A stretch of DNA of 64,000 nucleotides from the human T2T-CHM13v2.0 reference genome, Homo sapiens: NCBI RefSeq assembly GCF_009914755.1, contig NC_060926.1. The stretch is one strand, 5' to 3'. The notes beneath the pieces were generated by a model. It worked only from the letters and a program-made list of their open reading frames with translations. It was not told the DNA's origin and searched no databases. Positions 12,327 through 24,985 of this stretch are shown piece after piece (positions within the stretch are counted from its first letter, which is position 1; each line of letters begins with the position of its first letter). A program made the position numbers and the translations under genes.

Positions 12327-12830
12327 CTTCTGATGGCCTCCTTCTCGTCCTGTTCTTGCTCCTCCTTCACCATGACATTCAGCTGCTGTTGCCACTGCCA
12401 TTGCATGGACTCCTGGGACTCAGGCTGTGGTGTGGGCCCGATGCCCGCCCAGCTCACTTTCTCTTCCTTCTCATCCCTCTCCTCCTCCTTCTCCTCTATC
12501 TCCTCCTTGCCCAACTCCTCCTCTTCTGTCTCCTCTTCTTCCTCCTCTTCCTCCTCCAACTCTTCTTCTTCCTCTTCACCCTTCTCCTCCTCCCCCTCTT
12601 CCTTCTTTCCCAACCCTGGATAGTGCTCTGGTCTGTCTTCCTTCGGCTGCTTGCCCTTCCCATCCTCCCAGCTGCTGGAGGGTACAGGCAGGATTGGCAT
12701 TAAGTACAGGCTGTTTTTCTGGTCCATGAACTTAGTTGACTGCTCATTCCAGAATTGGCGGAAGTACGGCACCTGCTCCACCAGGCTTTGGTCCACAGCC
12801 TCATGGAAGTTCTTGTCTTCCAGCAGGCCC
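12327..12830 (-). CDS. CFAP65: CFAP65 exon 33 (poly-Glu region)
   Basis: GLLEDKNF...EEEEEELEEEEEEEEE...DEKEAIRR; 504 nt, AG/GT. Confidence 0.95.
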
Positions 12831-13244
12831 CTAGGTGGCAGGGAGAAGGAGAAGGCCCTTGCTGAGGGGCCCTGAAGCCCCTGGGGAGCCCTGGCTTCAG
12901 AGCTAGGTTCTAGGTGGGAAAGGGGCTGCTAGGTGGGGAGAGGGGAGCCCTTGGTCAGTTGTTCCTCCTGTCCCTTCTTTCAAGGAAGACATCTTTGAGC
13001 CTCATGGATTTTTAGAAGCGAACATGGTATGCTGGAGGCAGGGCAGGTCAGATTCACACACATGATGGGCAGGAACCCTGGGGAGATAGTGGACTGGCTC
13101 CAGACTCATCTGCCAGCCCTGGAATGGGGCAGAACTCAGGATCCAGACCTGAGAATCCCTCCAGCCAGCTCCATCAGAGCCCCACTGTCCTGGGGTGGGG
13201 GGGCCGGGGGGGGGGACCGTGGTGGGATCTTGCAAAGAAGTTCT

Positions 13245-13700
13245 GTTTCTTTTTTTCTTTTCTCTCTCTCTCTATTTCTCTCTTTCTTTCTCTCTCTTTC
13301 TCTCCTCTTTTTTCTTTCTTTCTTTCTTTCTTTCTCTCTCTTTCTTTCTTTCTCTCTTTCTGTCTTTGTCTCTTTCTTTCTTTCTCTTTTCTTTTCTTTT
13401 TTTGAAAAAAAGCTCTGTCTCCCAGGCTGGAGTACAGTGGTGTGATCATGGCTCACAGCAGCCTCAACCTCTCAGTTAATTAAGCTAATTAATGGTCTCA
13501 AGCAATCCTCGCACCTCAGCCTTCAAAGTAACTGGGACTGCAGGCATGCACCACCATGTCCAGCTAATTTTTGTATTTTTTGTAGAGATGGGGTCTTGCT
13601 ATGTTGCCCACGCTGGTCTCAAACTCCTGGGCTCAAGCCACCCGCCCACTGCTGCCTCCCAAAGTGTTGGAATTACAGGCAAGAACCTCCATGCCCCACC
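13245..13700 (-). mobile_element. Alu with expanded (TTTC/TC)n tail (13245-13403)
   Basis: Reverse Alu body 13403-13700 preceded by a pyrimidine microsatellite. Confidence 0.9.
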
Positions 13701-13808
13701 AAGTTCTATTTCTCAAGAAAGGAAGAGTGCTGGAATGTAAGGGGCTCTGGCTGAATGAGCTGGAGGGATGCGAAGGTGGCAATGAGGGCCCAGGGTGTGA
13801 GCTGGTAC

Positions 13809-13937
13809 CTGATTATTGTGGTGAGAATGTCAACCAGGAGCTGCTTCTTCTGCTTGGAAACAGGGCCCCACTTGTTAGGGGATTTTTCCTCAGAAGTCTC
13901 TGACTCTTCCCTGGGGGCCTTCCTCTTTGGCAGCTCC
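13809..13937 (-). CDS. CFAP65: CFAP65 exon 32
   Basis: ELPKRKAPREESE...VDILTTIIR; 129 nt. Confidence 0.93.
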
Positions 13938-14395
13938 CTGTGGCAGCCATGACATTCTGAGTGGCCTGGGCAAGCCACCATGCTGGGGTTGGGGGCACAA
14001 GCAGTGGTGGTAGCTGCCCAGTGATGAGGACACAGATGAGTTTGAGGCACTCCCAGCCTTAACCCAAATGTAGTGCTACTGGGTTCAGAGAACCAAGCTC
14101 AAACCCTCAGAGTTAGCACGGGAGCTAGAGAGACTCCCAGTTGGAAAAAGAAGGAACAAAGAGGGGTAGGGGCTGCCTAGGTGTGTTCCCCAGGGGGCTC
14201 TGGCTGCTTTGTCCCCCTCCTAAAAGGGCCTAAGCAGTAATGGGGCATCCTGGGCCCAGAGGCGCTCAATGAGCCCCACTGCTGCTGCCCATGCTCCACC
14301 CCTCACCATGGGTTGGGTCTGGGCAGCCCCTGCTCTGGAGTGGAAGAGGGGACAGAGAGAAGAGGAAGGTGACCCCTGCCTTCCCAAGAGCTTAC

Positions 14396-14598
14396 CGGTG
14401 CAAAAAGTGGCAGGGAAACTCTGAGAAGAAGTTAGCCAGAAAGTAGTCGGTGGCATGGGCTCGGGCAGTAAGGCCCAGGCAGAGCATGCCTGGCGAGGGT
14501 GGCTGGGGGCAGGGCCAGGACACCTCCTCCTTTGGGGTCTGCAGTTTCCAGCTGGCAGGCCGGCTGACAGACTGCTGGTTCTTGATGGGAGGCAGTGT
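14396..14598 (-). CDS. CFAP65: CFAP65 exon 31
   Basis: TLPPIKNQQSVSR...FPCHFLHR; 203 nt. Confidence 0.93.
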
Positions 14599-14838
14599 CT
14601 TTGGGAAGGGAGGGACATGGATGACAAGGGTTTGGGCACCACATTCACATCACCAATGGGGTCCCTTGACCTAGTTCCCCCACAGGCTCTTTGGGCCACA
14701 TAAGCGTGTGACCCCACTCATTGGCACTTTCATCCCTCCTTTCTGGGAGTCTGGTCCAGGGGTTGGAGGTCTCTCTGGGAGCAAGCAAGGACCCTCCCAA
14801 GTTGTCCCAAGAAGATGGGCCTGGGGCTCGCCGCCTCA

Positions 14839-15456
<618 letters not shown>

Positions 15457-15514
15457 TCAGTCTCCCTCATTAAGATTTAATTCAGAAATTCCTTCCCTCA
15501 TGCCCCCAAGAAGA

Positions 15515-15854
<340 letters not shown>

Positions 15855-16184
15855 TTAGGAAGTAATTTGTATCCACAGTTGGGCCACAGCTTCAGAGGGG
15901 AGCAGTGAGTCTCTGGGGGTTCAGTGTGGCAGACACCAAGGTGATTGAGGAGCAAGAATACCAGTGTAGGAAGGTTGTGAAATTGGGGGAGGAACCAAGA
16001 AGGAAGTGTTGTCTCGTGTTTATTATCAGACCCTCCCCCTCCCAAAACACATACTAATAGCTCCCATTCAGTGAGCGCTTCCTGGGCGCCAGGCACTGTT
16101 CTAGGCACTTCACTGGTATTAACTCACTTAATCCTCACAACGTCACAAAGCAGATATCTCACTCACATTAAAAAGTATTTTTAG

Positions 16185-16725
<541 letters not shown>

Positions 16726-16837
16726 TGACTGAGATCACAGAGCTAGAAATCATTAACTCCAGGAATGAAACCTGGGCAATCTGTCTCCAGAGCCTGCCCC
16801 TGAAGCCACAGTGTCTTCCACCAGAAGGTGAACTCTA

Positions 16838-17134
16838 GGCTGGACACAGTGGCTCACGCCTGTAATTTCAGCACTTTGGGAGGCCGAGGTGGTCAGATCA
16901 CCTAAGGTCAGAAGTTCGAGACCAGCCTGGCCAACATGGTGAAACCCCATCCCTACTAAAAATACAAAAATTAGTCAGGTATAGTGGTGGGCACCTGTAG
17001 TCCCAGCTACTCAGGAGGCTGAGGCTGGAGAATTGCTTGAACCTGGGAGGTGGAGGTTACAGTAAGCCACTGCACTCTAGCCTGGGTGACCGAGTGAGAC
17101 TCTGTCTCAAAAAAAAATAAAAATAAAAATAAAA
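16838..17134 (+). mobile_element. Alu (AluS-like)
   Basis: Dimer with (TAAAA)n tail. Confidence 0.92.
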
Positions 17135-17421
17135 TGTGAGCTCTGCTTGTCTCCCCTAAATCTCCAGTGTGCAGCACACAGTAGCCACTCATTAAATGCT
17201 GGCTACACGAGGCAGGGAATGGACAGCCAGCCTTCTCTACCCAGAGAGCCTCTCCGGATGGCTGTGGAGATGCTAAGCTGAGTCCAGTGAATGAAATGTA
17301 ATCTCTTAGGGCAGGCTGGCTGGTTTGGCCTGGAGGGCCACCTTGGCCCACTACCTCTGTCCCCTCTGGTAAGGCCAGTCAGAAAGATCTGGGTGTTTGA
17401 GATCTACTCAGCCCTCCTCAC

Positions 17422-17529
17422 CTTCACTTTCATGTCGGTGATGGTGAACTCCACTTCCTGCCGCACCTTCTCGTCCTTCCACTCCTGCAGCTCCTTGTGA
17501 TACTGCCTCATGAGCTGCTGCGAGTACAG
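17422..17529 (-). CDS. CFAP65: CFAP65 exon 29
   Basis: LYSQQLMRQYHKELQEWKDEKVRQEVEFTITDMKVK; 108 nt. Confidence 0.94.
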
Positions 17530-17721
17530 CTATGGCCCAGGACAGAGAGAGAGAAGGCCAAGGTCTGGAGCTTGCCCGGGGCCTATGCTGTGAGCCCTCT
17601 CCCTTCCAAGGGCTGACTTCTGCCTTTTGCTGGGGTCTGGGGATCTCACAGCCCATCACACCCCACCCCAGCATTGGGAGCCATGCCTCCATCCCACTTT
17701 ACCCCTGGGGCTGGTTCCTAC

Positions 17722-17835
17722 CTTGCATACCAGGTCTGCACTGTAGAAGCTGGCATGCACAGAGGCCCTCAAGGTCACCACAAATGGGACCGTCTCTTCA
17801 GGAGCCACCACCCCTATCATGGGACTCACAGACAC
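17722..17835 (-). CDS. CFAP65: CFAP65 exon 28
   Basis: VSVSPMIGVVAPEETVPFVVTLRASVHASFYSADLVCK; 114 nt. Confidence 0.94.
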
Positions 17836-17871
17836 CTGTTGATTTGGGGAAGGAGTCTCTGGAGATTCACA

Positions 17872-18273
17872 GGGATGGAATTGGATAGGATGGCACGGAA
17901 TAGGATGGGATGAGATGGGACAGGATAAGATGAGATGAGACAAGATGGGATGGGATAGGATGGGACAAGATGGGATGGGATGGGACAAGATGGAATGGGA
18001 TGGGATGGGATGGGATGGGATGGGATGGGATAGGATGGGGTGGGATGGGGTGGGGTGGGGTGGGGTGGGATGGGATGGAGTGGGGTGGGATGGAGTAGAA
18101 TGGGGTGGGGTGGGATGGGATGGGATGGAGTGGGGTGGGATGGGATGGGATGGAGTGGGGTGGGATAGGGTGGGATGGGATGGAGTGGGGGGGGATGGGA
18201 TGGGATGGGGTTTGTGGGGTGGGATGGGATGGAGTGGGGTGGTATGGGATGGGGTCAGGTGGGGTTGGATGGG
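17872..18273 (+). repeat. Degenerate pentanucleotide repeat (GGGAT/GGGGT/GGAGT)n in intron 27
   Basis: ~400 bp of 5-mer units read directly. Confidence 0.95.
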
Positions 18274-18316
18274 TCTGGAGCTCTGATGGAGGTTCCAGGG
18301 CTCAGGGGACTCTCAC

Positions 18317-18460
18317 CTCCCCAAAATCTAGAGGACTTGGCTGCCAGGAGAAGGCAATTTCCTCGTTCTTGGAGATGTTGTTGAGGAAGAGCAGGCGGCT
18401 GCACTTGCTCTGCACAGGTATGTTTCCCAGGGAAATATGAGACTGGGACAGGAAGACATT
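18317..18460 (-). CDS. CFAP65: CFAP65 exon 27
   Basis: NVFLSQSHISLGNIPVQSKCSRLLFLNNISKNEEIAFSWQPSPLDFGE; 144 nt. Confidence 0.94.
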
Positions 18461-18496
18461 CTGTGGGTGGAGAGCGGAGGTAAAGAAATAAGAACC

Positions 18497-18593
18497 GGCC
18501 AGGCATGGTGGCTCACGCCTGTAATCCCAGCACTTTGGGAGGCCAAGGTGGGAGGATCACGAGGTCAGAAAATCGAGACCACTGTGCCTGGCC
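18497..18593 (+). mobile_element. Truncated Alu left-arm fragment fused to an inverted Alu 5' end
   Basis: About 84 nt of Alu 5' end, then CCACTGTGCCTGGCC (reverse complement of an Alu start). Confidence 0.8.
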
Positions 18594-18920
18594 CTTTTGA
18601 CACCTTTCAACACCCCCACTCCTATGCCATCTCTTAACATCCTCATCCCAGTGAAGAGGGTGGGATGGAGGGCCCTGAGGCAGGTGGAGCGGCTTGAGCA
18701 GGAACACCTGTGGGCACTAGGTGGCAGGGTAGACCTCTCATGGAGCTGGTGCTGCCTCCTGAATCTGGAGGAGGGTGAGTTCCAAGGTCTCATCTCTGCC
18801 TCTGTCCCTCCTCAACTACATCTCATGTCCCTCCCAGCCTCCCCATCCTTCTGTCTGGCCACCCTGGGCTCTGAGGCTCTCCCACAAGGCCTCAGGCCTT
18901 CCTAGCTCCCCTTTCCCCAC

Positions 18921-19079
18921 CTGTCCAGGCACCACCAGCCTAGAGTGTATGGAACTGTTGTCCCACGAGGAGATGTTGTGGAATGGGGCTGTGTCCCCCA
19001 TCATATGGGGGTTGTAGCCCACTCCCTGGAAGTGGATGAGGGCCGAGTTCCATCCCAGGATGTGTATGGGCACGTCCAC
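18921..19079 (-). CDS. CFAP65: CFAP65 exon 26
   Basis: VDVPIHILGWNS...SRLVVPGQ; 159 nt. Confidence 0.94.
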
Positions 19080-19179
19080 CTGGGGAGTTAGGAGGGTGGG
19101 GGTAGGGACTGGTCAGAGGGAGGCCTGCTGAGGAAGCCAGCACCACCCCACCTCCCACGTCATCCAGGTTGCTGCTCAC

Positions 19180-19371
19180 CGTGTAGGTCTTGGCCTCGAT
19201 AGGTGAGAAGATCCACAAGACCCGGGCAGTGCTGCCTGGCTGGATCTCCCCTTTGGGGTTGAGGCAGCAAAAGATGGGGTGATCAAAATTTTTTTCCTGA
19301 ACCTGTGACAGGACATCGGTCTGGACCTCATATGTCACGGGCACTGAGCCACCATTATACAGCTCATAAAT
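19180..19371 (-). CDS. CFAP65: CFAP65 exon 25
   Basis: IYELYNGGSVPV...SPIEAKTYT; 192 nt. Confidence 0.94.
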
Positions 19372-19625
19372 CTGCAGGGGGCAGGAATAGGAAAATTGCC
19401 ACATCAGCTCAGCACTGCAAATCAGAAAGCCTGGGATGCTGTGCCCACTGTGGGAGGGCAGGCTGATCTCCATGATGTCACCCTTTGAGTCTGTGAGCTC
19501 CCGTGTGGCTTGATCACTCGAGAAGTATGTAACTGTATGGTCAGCCGGTGATATTTTAGGATAATCTGTAATCTTATTTGTAAAGGAGTAGCTTATTTTA
19601 TTTGTCTTCAGTTTAACTTCATCAA

Positions 19626-19956
19626 GTTTTTTTTCTTTTTCTTTCTTTTTTTTTTTTTTTTTTTTTTGAGACAAGGTCTCACTTTGTCACCCAGGCTGGA
19701 ATACAGTGGCATAATCATGGCTCACTGCCGCCTTGACCTCCTGGGCTCAAGCAATCTTTCTACCTCAGCCTGCCAAGTAGCTAGGACCACAGGCATGCAC
19801 TACCACACACAGCTGCTTCAAAAATATATATATTTTTTAGAGATGGGGTTCTCACTGTGTTGGCCAGGCTGGTCTTGAACTCGTGGCCTCAAGCAATCCT
19901 CCCACCTTGGCCTCCCATATTACTGGGATTACAGGCTTGAGCCACTGCGCCTGGCC
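19626..19956 (-). mobile_element. Alu (AluJ-like)
   Basis: Poly(T) followed by reverse Alu body. Confidence 0.9.
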
Positions 19957-20226
19957 AAGGGAGTTCTGCTTAAAGGCAAGTAAGGGGGCGGAAAAGTCTG
20001 AGGGACTAAAGACCAACTCCAAAGGTTGGGAATCATAGAATGTCCTAGAAGAAACCAGAGATCTTCTGATCCAATCCTTCCTTTTAGAGATGAGAAAATT
20101 GAAGCCAGAGAGAATAGAGTCCATCTGGATTCAGTCCCAGCCCCTTTTCCCCTTTCTGAGCACTCACTCCTGAGCATGCTGACTCTATTTCTCTAGCCTG
20201 GACCACCCTTTGAGCTCCAGACCTGG

Positions 20227-20604
20227 TACTATGGGTTAAATGCTTGTGTCCCCACAAAATCCATATGTTGAAACCTAATCCTCAATACAATAGTATTAAG
20301 AGATGATCAGGAGGTGATTCGGCCACAAGGGCGGAGCCCTCACAAGTGGGATTAGTGCCCTTATAAAAGAGGCCTGTGGAAGCTTGTTTGCTCCCTCCAC
20401 CATGTGAGGACACAGCAAGAAGCCACTGAACCAGGAAGTGGGCCCCCACCAAACCTGCCCATGTCTTGATCTTGGGCTCCCCAGCCTTTTTAATTAAGAT
20501 AAATTATAATAAATTAAATTACAATAAATTATAATAAATTTGTGGTCTTTATAAGCCACCCAATCTATGGTAACTTGTTTTAGCAGCCAGAATGGACTAA
20601 GACA
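20227..20604 (+). mobile_element. MaLR solo LTR (MLT1A/B-like)
   Basis: Begins T.CTATGG.TTAAATG...TGTCCCC; contains CCCTTATAAAAGAGGCC; ends GCAGCCAGAATGGACTAAGACA. Confidence 0.8.
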
Positions 20605-21119
20605 CTTGGTGTCCACCTTCTACCTGACAAGCCCTCTTGGTTGTCTCATTAGCATCTCAAACTTGGCCAGAACCAAACTCTTCATTCTAAAGCCTATTCC
20701 TGCTCCCAGTTTATCTCCTTTTAGCAAATGGCACTATGTATTCCCAGTAGCTCAAACCAGCTTCACTGTCACAGACCCTAGTGGGGCTGCTGGGAAGGCA
20801 GAGGGGTAGCGGGTGGGTATGGAAGTGAACAGAGTTGGGGATAGGAAACTCCCCTCTAGATCCAGGAAGCCCATTCCTTGGCCTCTAGGGTGAATGGCTG
20901 GAGGCCCCTGCTCAGAAACACATGGGCTTCTAAATGATTAGAAATTGCACAGCTGTGAAATGTTTGGGAAAATATTATGTCCCCCTCTTGGAGATTACCA
21001 ATCTACATTTCCAGAGCAAGGAAACTGTATTGCCTTCAATCAGTAAAGAAAGAAAGGTCTAAAGCTTCCCAAGAATTCACATTCTAGTTCTTCACATTCC
21101 AGAAGGACATCCTTTTTGG

Positions 21120-21382
21120 AGCAGTGATTTTCAAATTGTGGCTAAGACCTACTGGTGAGCAGATCTAAATCAATGTTGTGGGTCATGCCCAGCATTTAAA
21201 AAATTGGACAGAATAGAACAAAAAAGAAAATATCAGTATACTTTGCATGTAGTAGTATAATTATCAATTTGCAGTAATTCTACTTTGGTTGTATGTTTAT
21301 GTATATACTGGGGTGTAAGCATATATAACATCAAATATATTAGTATGGTTCATGGTCAAAGAAGTTTGAAGAACATTTTGCT
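21120..21382. mobile_element. Old hAT-Charlie-type DNA transposon relic
   Basis: CAGTGATTTTCAAA ... TTTGAAGAACATT TIR-like ends. Confidence 0.5.
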
Positions 21383-21633
21383 AAAGGAAAAAAAAATCCT
21401 CATTTTTTAATTGGAACTGGGCCTGGCAAAGGGCTTAGCACCAGGAACTAGGACACTGCAGCCTCTCCCTTCAAGTCTCTCCCAGTTGCCCAGTCTGGGG
21501 GTTCAACCTGCTGGCCCAGCCCCTCAATGCTTCCAGAGGGCCATGTCTTTGTCACCCTCTCAAGGGCTGACACTCATACCTAGAGATCAACACTTAGGCC
21601 TTCTTGGTCAACAGGACAATGTGGACCACTGAC

Positions 21634-21744
21634 CTGCCGTGGGGGTAGCGTGTCACCAATGGGAATGGGGATGAACTGGTGGGTAGTAGAGGTGAAGTGC
21701 ACATACTTCTGCTCCGGCTTCACTGTCACACCTATGAAATTTAG
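21634..21744 (-). CDS. CFAP65: CFAP65 exon 24
   Basis: [37 protein letters not shown]; 111 nt. Confidence 0.94.
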
Positions 21745-21893
21745 CTGGAAATAAAAGTTCCCCCGGAGGAACTGACACAGCCAGTGGAGATCTGGACCCC
21801 AGTTCCCCAGGAGAACACAGCTCCCTGCTCCTGTCCAGCCAGCCCCCTCCTCCAGCCTGAAACTAGGGCAGGGCCAGTGTGCTGGGGCCTCAC

Positions 21894-21960
21894 CAGGATC
21901 TCCCGGCCATGGGACACCTTGAAGAGCACTGGGAGGTGATCAGTACCGATGAACAGGTGG
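21894..21960 (-). CDS. CFAP65: CFAP65 exon 23
   Basis: [22 protein letters not shown]; 67 nt. Confidence 0.94.
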
Positions 21961-22242
21961 CTAGAAAGAAACAGATAAGTCTGGGAGTGAGTTCTGGAGC
22001 CCTGGTACAAGTAGGAGAGCAAATGGACATGACATTTCTGTGGCTTTGAGCTGGCCAGCCCCTGGGAGCAACTCGCCCTTGAGTTGGGATGGGGCAAGAA
22101 GGAAATTAGACCTCCTCTGCAGGTGAGAAGGTGGTCCTCCCAGGGAATGGCCATTTGGGGTGCCCTGGAGTCATACAATGAAATGCCCGGGGTAGGGGCC
22201 TCTATGACTGGAAGTGCAGGGGGTTTGGGGGGTGGGGAACAC

Positions 22243-22419
22243 CTGTATTTTAACTCCACCATCTGCTCCTGCCCAGGACTCAGGCTCCCAGCCTTGGGGC
22301 TGATGGAGAAGAGGCAATTGTCCTGCACGCGCATCTGGTGGAGCTCAGTGGAATTCAACTCTGCTTGCTCTGCCCAGAGCTCCACGTCAATCCGCTGGTC
22401 ACTTGGAAGGAGGAAGGCC
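22243..22419 (-). CDS. CFAP65: CFAP65 exon 22
   Basis: [15 protein letters not shown]...QMVELKY; 177 nt. Confidence 0.94.
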
Positions 22420-23097
22420 CTGGGAGAGGGGTGCAAAGCCATACAAAGAAACTGGTCAGGCAGAACAGAGAGGCAGGGGCTCTGAGACCCTGATGGGCAG
22501 GTGGAGGCTTCTTCCATGACTCCCGCACTTCATGCACCCATTTGGCAAACTGTCCCATGTGTGCCTGAGCAAATGTGGCTGTTGTGGATTCTCGTTTCAT
22601 AATGGCCCCAAAACCCAGGAACAGACTCTGGGCCACGGCGACTCAAGAAGTGAAGAGTGGGGCTCCCACTGTGGATGCCAGGAGTCAAGGTGTTGCTTGA
22701 ATATGGGGGCCACTTTGAGCTGGCCATGAACCCTTCTGTGACAAAGCTCTTGGGAAAGGGCCATTTGGGACACCTAGGAAGGCTGGCAGCACCAACCAGC
22801 AGCCCCAGGGAGTGGGGTGTCCAGGCCAACTTGGGCACAGGGTGGAGAACAGATGCCCCAGCAGGGCTGGCACTCTTGAAACAGAAGCAAGGCTGTGCAC
22901 AGAGTTAATGCCCCTGACATGCCTAGGACTGCGGTAAAGTAGATAATGCACCTTAAGTAGCCGACAAAACTAGTGACAAAGGGTCCTGAGGTCACAATCT
23001 GAAAGGAGAACCCATTTCACTCTCGGAGATGGCACAGAACTGGTTCCAGCTGCAAACCGGGTGGAGGATACGATAGGGAGCATCCAGAAAAGGAAAA

Positions 23098-23816
23098 GAA
23101 AGTGCCCAACACACACCTGAGAGAAAGCGCACAACGCACACCTGAGAGAAAGCACGCAACGCGCACCTGAGAGAAAGCACGCAACACACACCTGAGAGAA
23201 AGCACGCAACACACACCTGAAAGTGCGCAACACACACCCGAAGAGAATGCGCGCAACAAACACCTGAGAGGAAGTGTGCAACGCATACCTGAGAGCACGC
23301 AACACACACCTGAGGAGAATGCATGCAACACACACCTGAGAGGAAGCACGCAACACACACCTGAGGAGAATGCATGCAACACACACCTGAGAGAAAGCGC
23401 ACAAAAGCAACCTGAGAGAAAATGCACAACACACACCCGAGGAGAATGCGCACAACACACACCTGAGAGGAAGCGTGCAACACACACCTGAGGAGAATGC
23501 ACGCAACACACACCTGAGGAGAATGCGTGCAACACACACCTGAGGAGAACGCGTGCAACACACACCTGAGAGAAAGCACACAACACACACCTGAGGAGAA
23601 TGCACACAACACACACTTGAGAGGAAGTGCACAACACACACCTGAGGAGAATGTGCGCAACACACACCTAAGGAGAACGCGTGCAACACACACCTGAGGA
23701 GAATGCACGCAGCACACACCTGACGGGAAGTGTGCAACACGCACCTGAAAGAAGGCACGCAACACACACCTGAGAGAAAGCACACAACGCACACCTGAGA
23801 GAAAGCGTGCAACACG
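23098..23816 (+). repeat. Minisatellite/VNTR, ~28 units of 25-26 bp
   Basis: Interspersed unit variants CCTGAGAGAAAGCACGCAACACACA (25) and CCTGAGGAGAATGCRYGCAACACACA (26), plus two 21-bp deleted units. Confidence 0.97.
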
Positions 23817-24609
23817 GGCCTGGAAGCCTCAGTAGGAGTCAGGGAGGCCTAAGTCCAAACCCTCAGAAGGAACCAGTCTTAACTTTTTTCACATCTGAAG
23901 CATGAAGAATAGTAATATTCAACACTGGTAAGTTCAGAAAGAACAGACTCAAACATAGGTGGGTGGAGAGGGAACTGCTCAACCTCTTGGACGGAAGTTT
24001 GGCAGCTTATGCCCTTTGACCCAGAAGTGTCTGTTTGGGAAACCAATTCATAGGAATAAAAGCACATATGTGTGCATGCTTATGTGCACGCAACGCACAC
24101 CTTTGTGTGGATGTCTATCACCACTTTCTTTGTAGTGGTCATGAAAAAAAAGCAGCTGGGAACAATTGGAGTTTCCAATAGAGGAGTGATTTAACGATTT
24201 AAAGTCCATCCATATTGTGGCATATTATACAGCTATTTAAAAGAATGCGTTAGATATATGTATTGATCTAAAGGAGATGTTATTGATATAATGCTGAGTG
24301 AAAGCATCATTATTCCTGAAAGTAACAGATATAGTATTGGGCCATTACTGTAAAAAAAAAGGAAAGAGAACCGCTCTGTAAATATGTGCGTGTCTGTATG
24401 TTGTGCAAATGCTGAGTGTGAAAGGCACATTCCGAATCCTCATCACCCTAGCAGCTGGACTTGGAGAGGGGGCTGCGGAGCTTCTTACTTTTTTCCCATA
24501 GCTCCTATGTTGTCTGACTTGTTACAAGTGAGTAAACCACTGTTGTCATTTTATTGTGGATATTCAGCAGTGGCAAAATTGGAGACCTTGCTAGTTTGGG
24601 GTCCTTTAA

Positions 24610-24985
<376 letters not shown>

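Noticed and set aside
12222-12703. Poly-Ser and poly-Leu ORFs on the plus strand
   Set aside because: Reverse complement of the CFAP65 poly-Glu tract.
17945-18440. GMGWD-repeat ORFs
   Set aside because: Translation of the (GGGAT)n microsatellite.
20488-20541. AT-rich AATAAATT reiteration as a poly(A)-signal cluster of a novel gene
   Set aside because: Local slippage expansion of the MaLR LTR's own poly(A) signal region.
22970-23815. Three long Cys/Val-rich ORFs (216-281 aa) on the minus strand
   Set aside because: Open in all three frames simply because the repeat lacks stop codons on that strand; non-ATG starts; intronic.
23098-23816. CRISPR-like array
   Set aside because: Units are contiguous variants of one motif with no unique spacers, and the DNA is human. 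It is a minisatellite.
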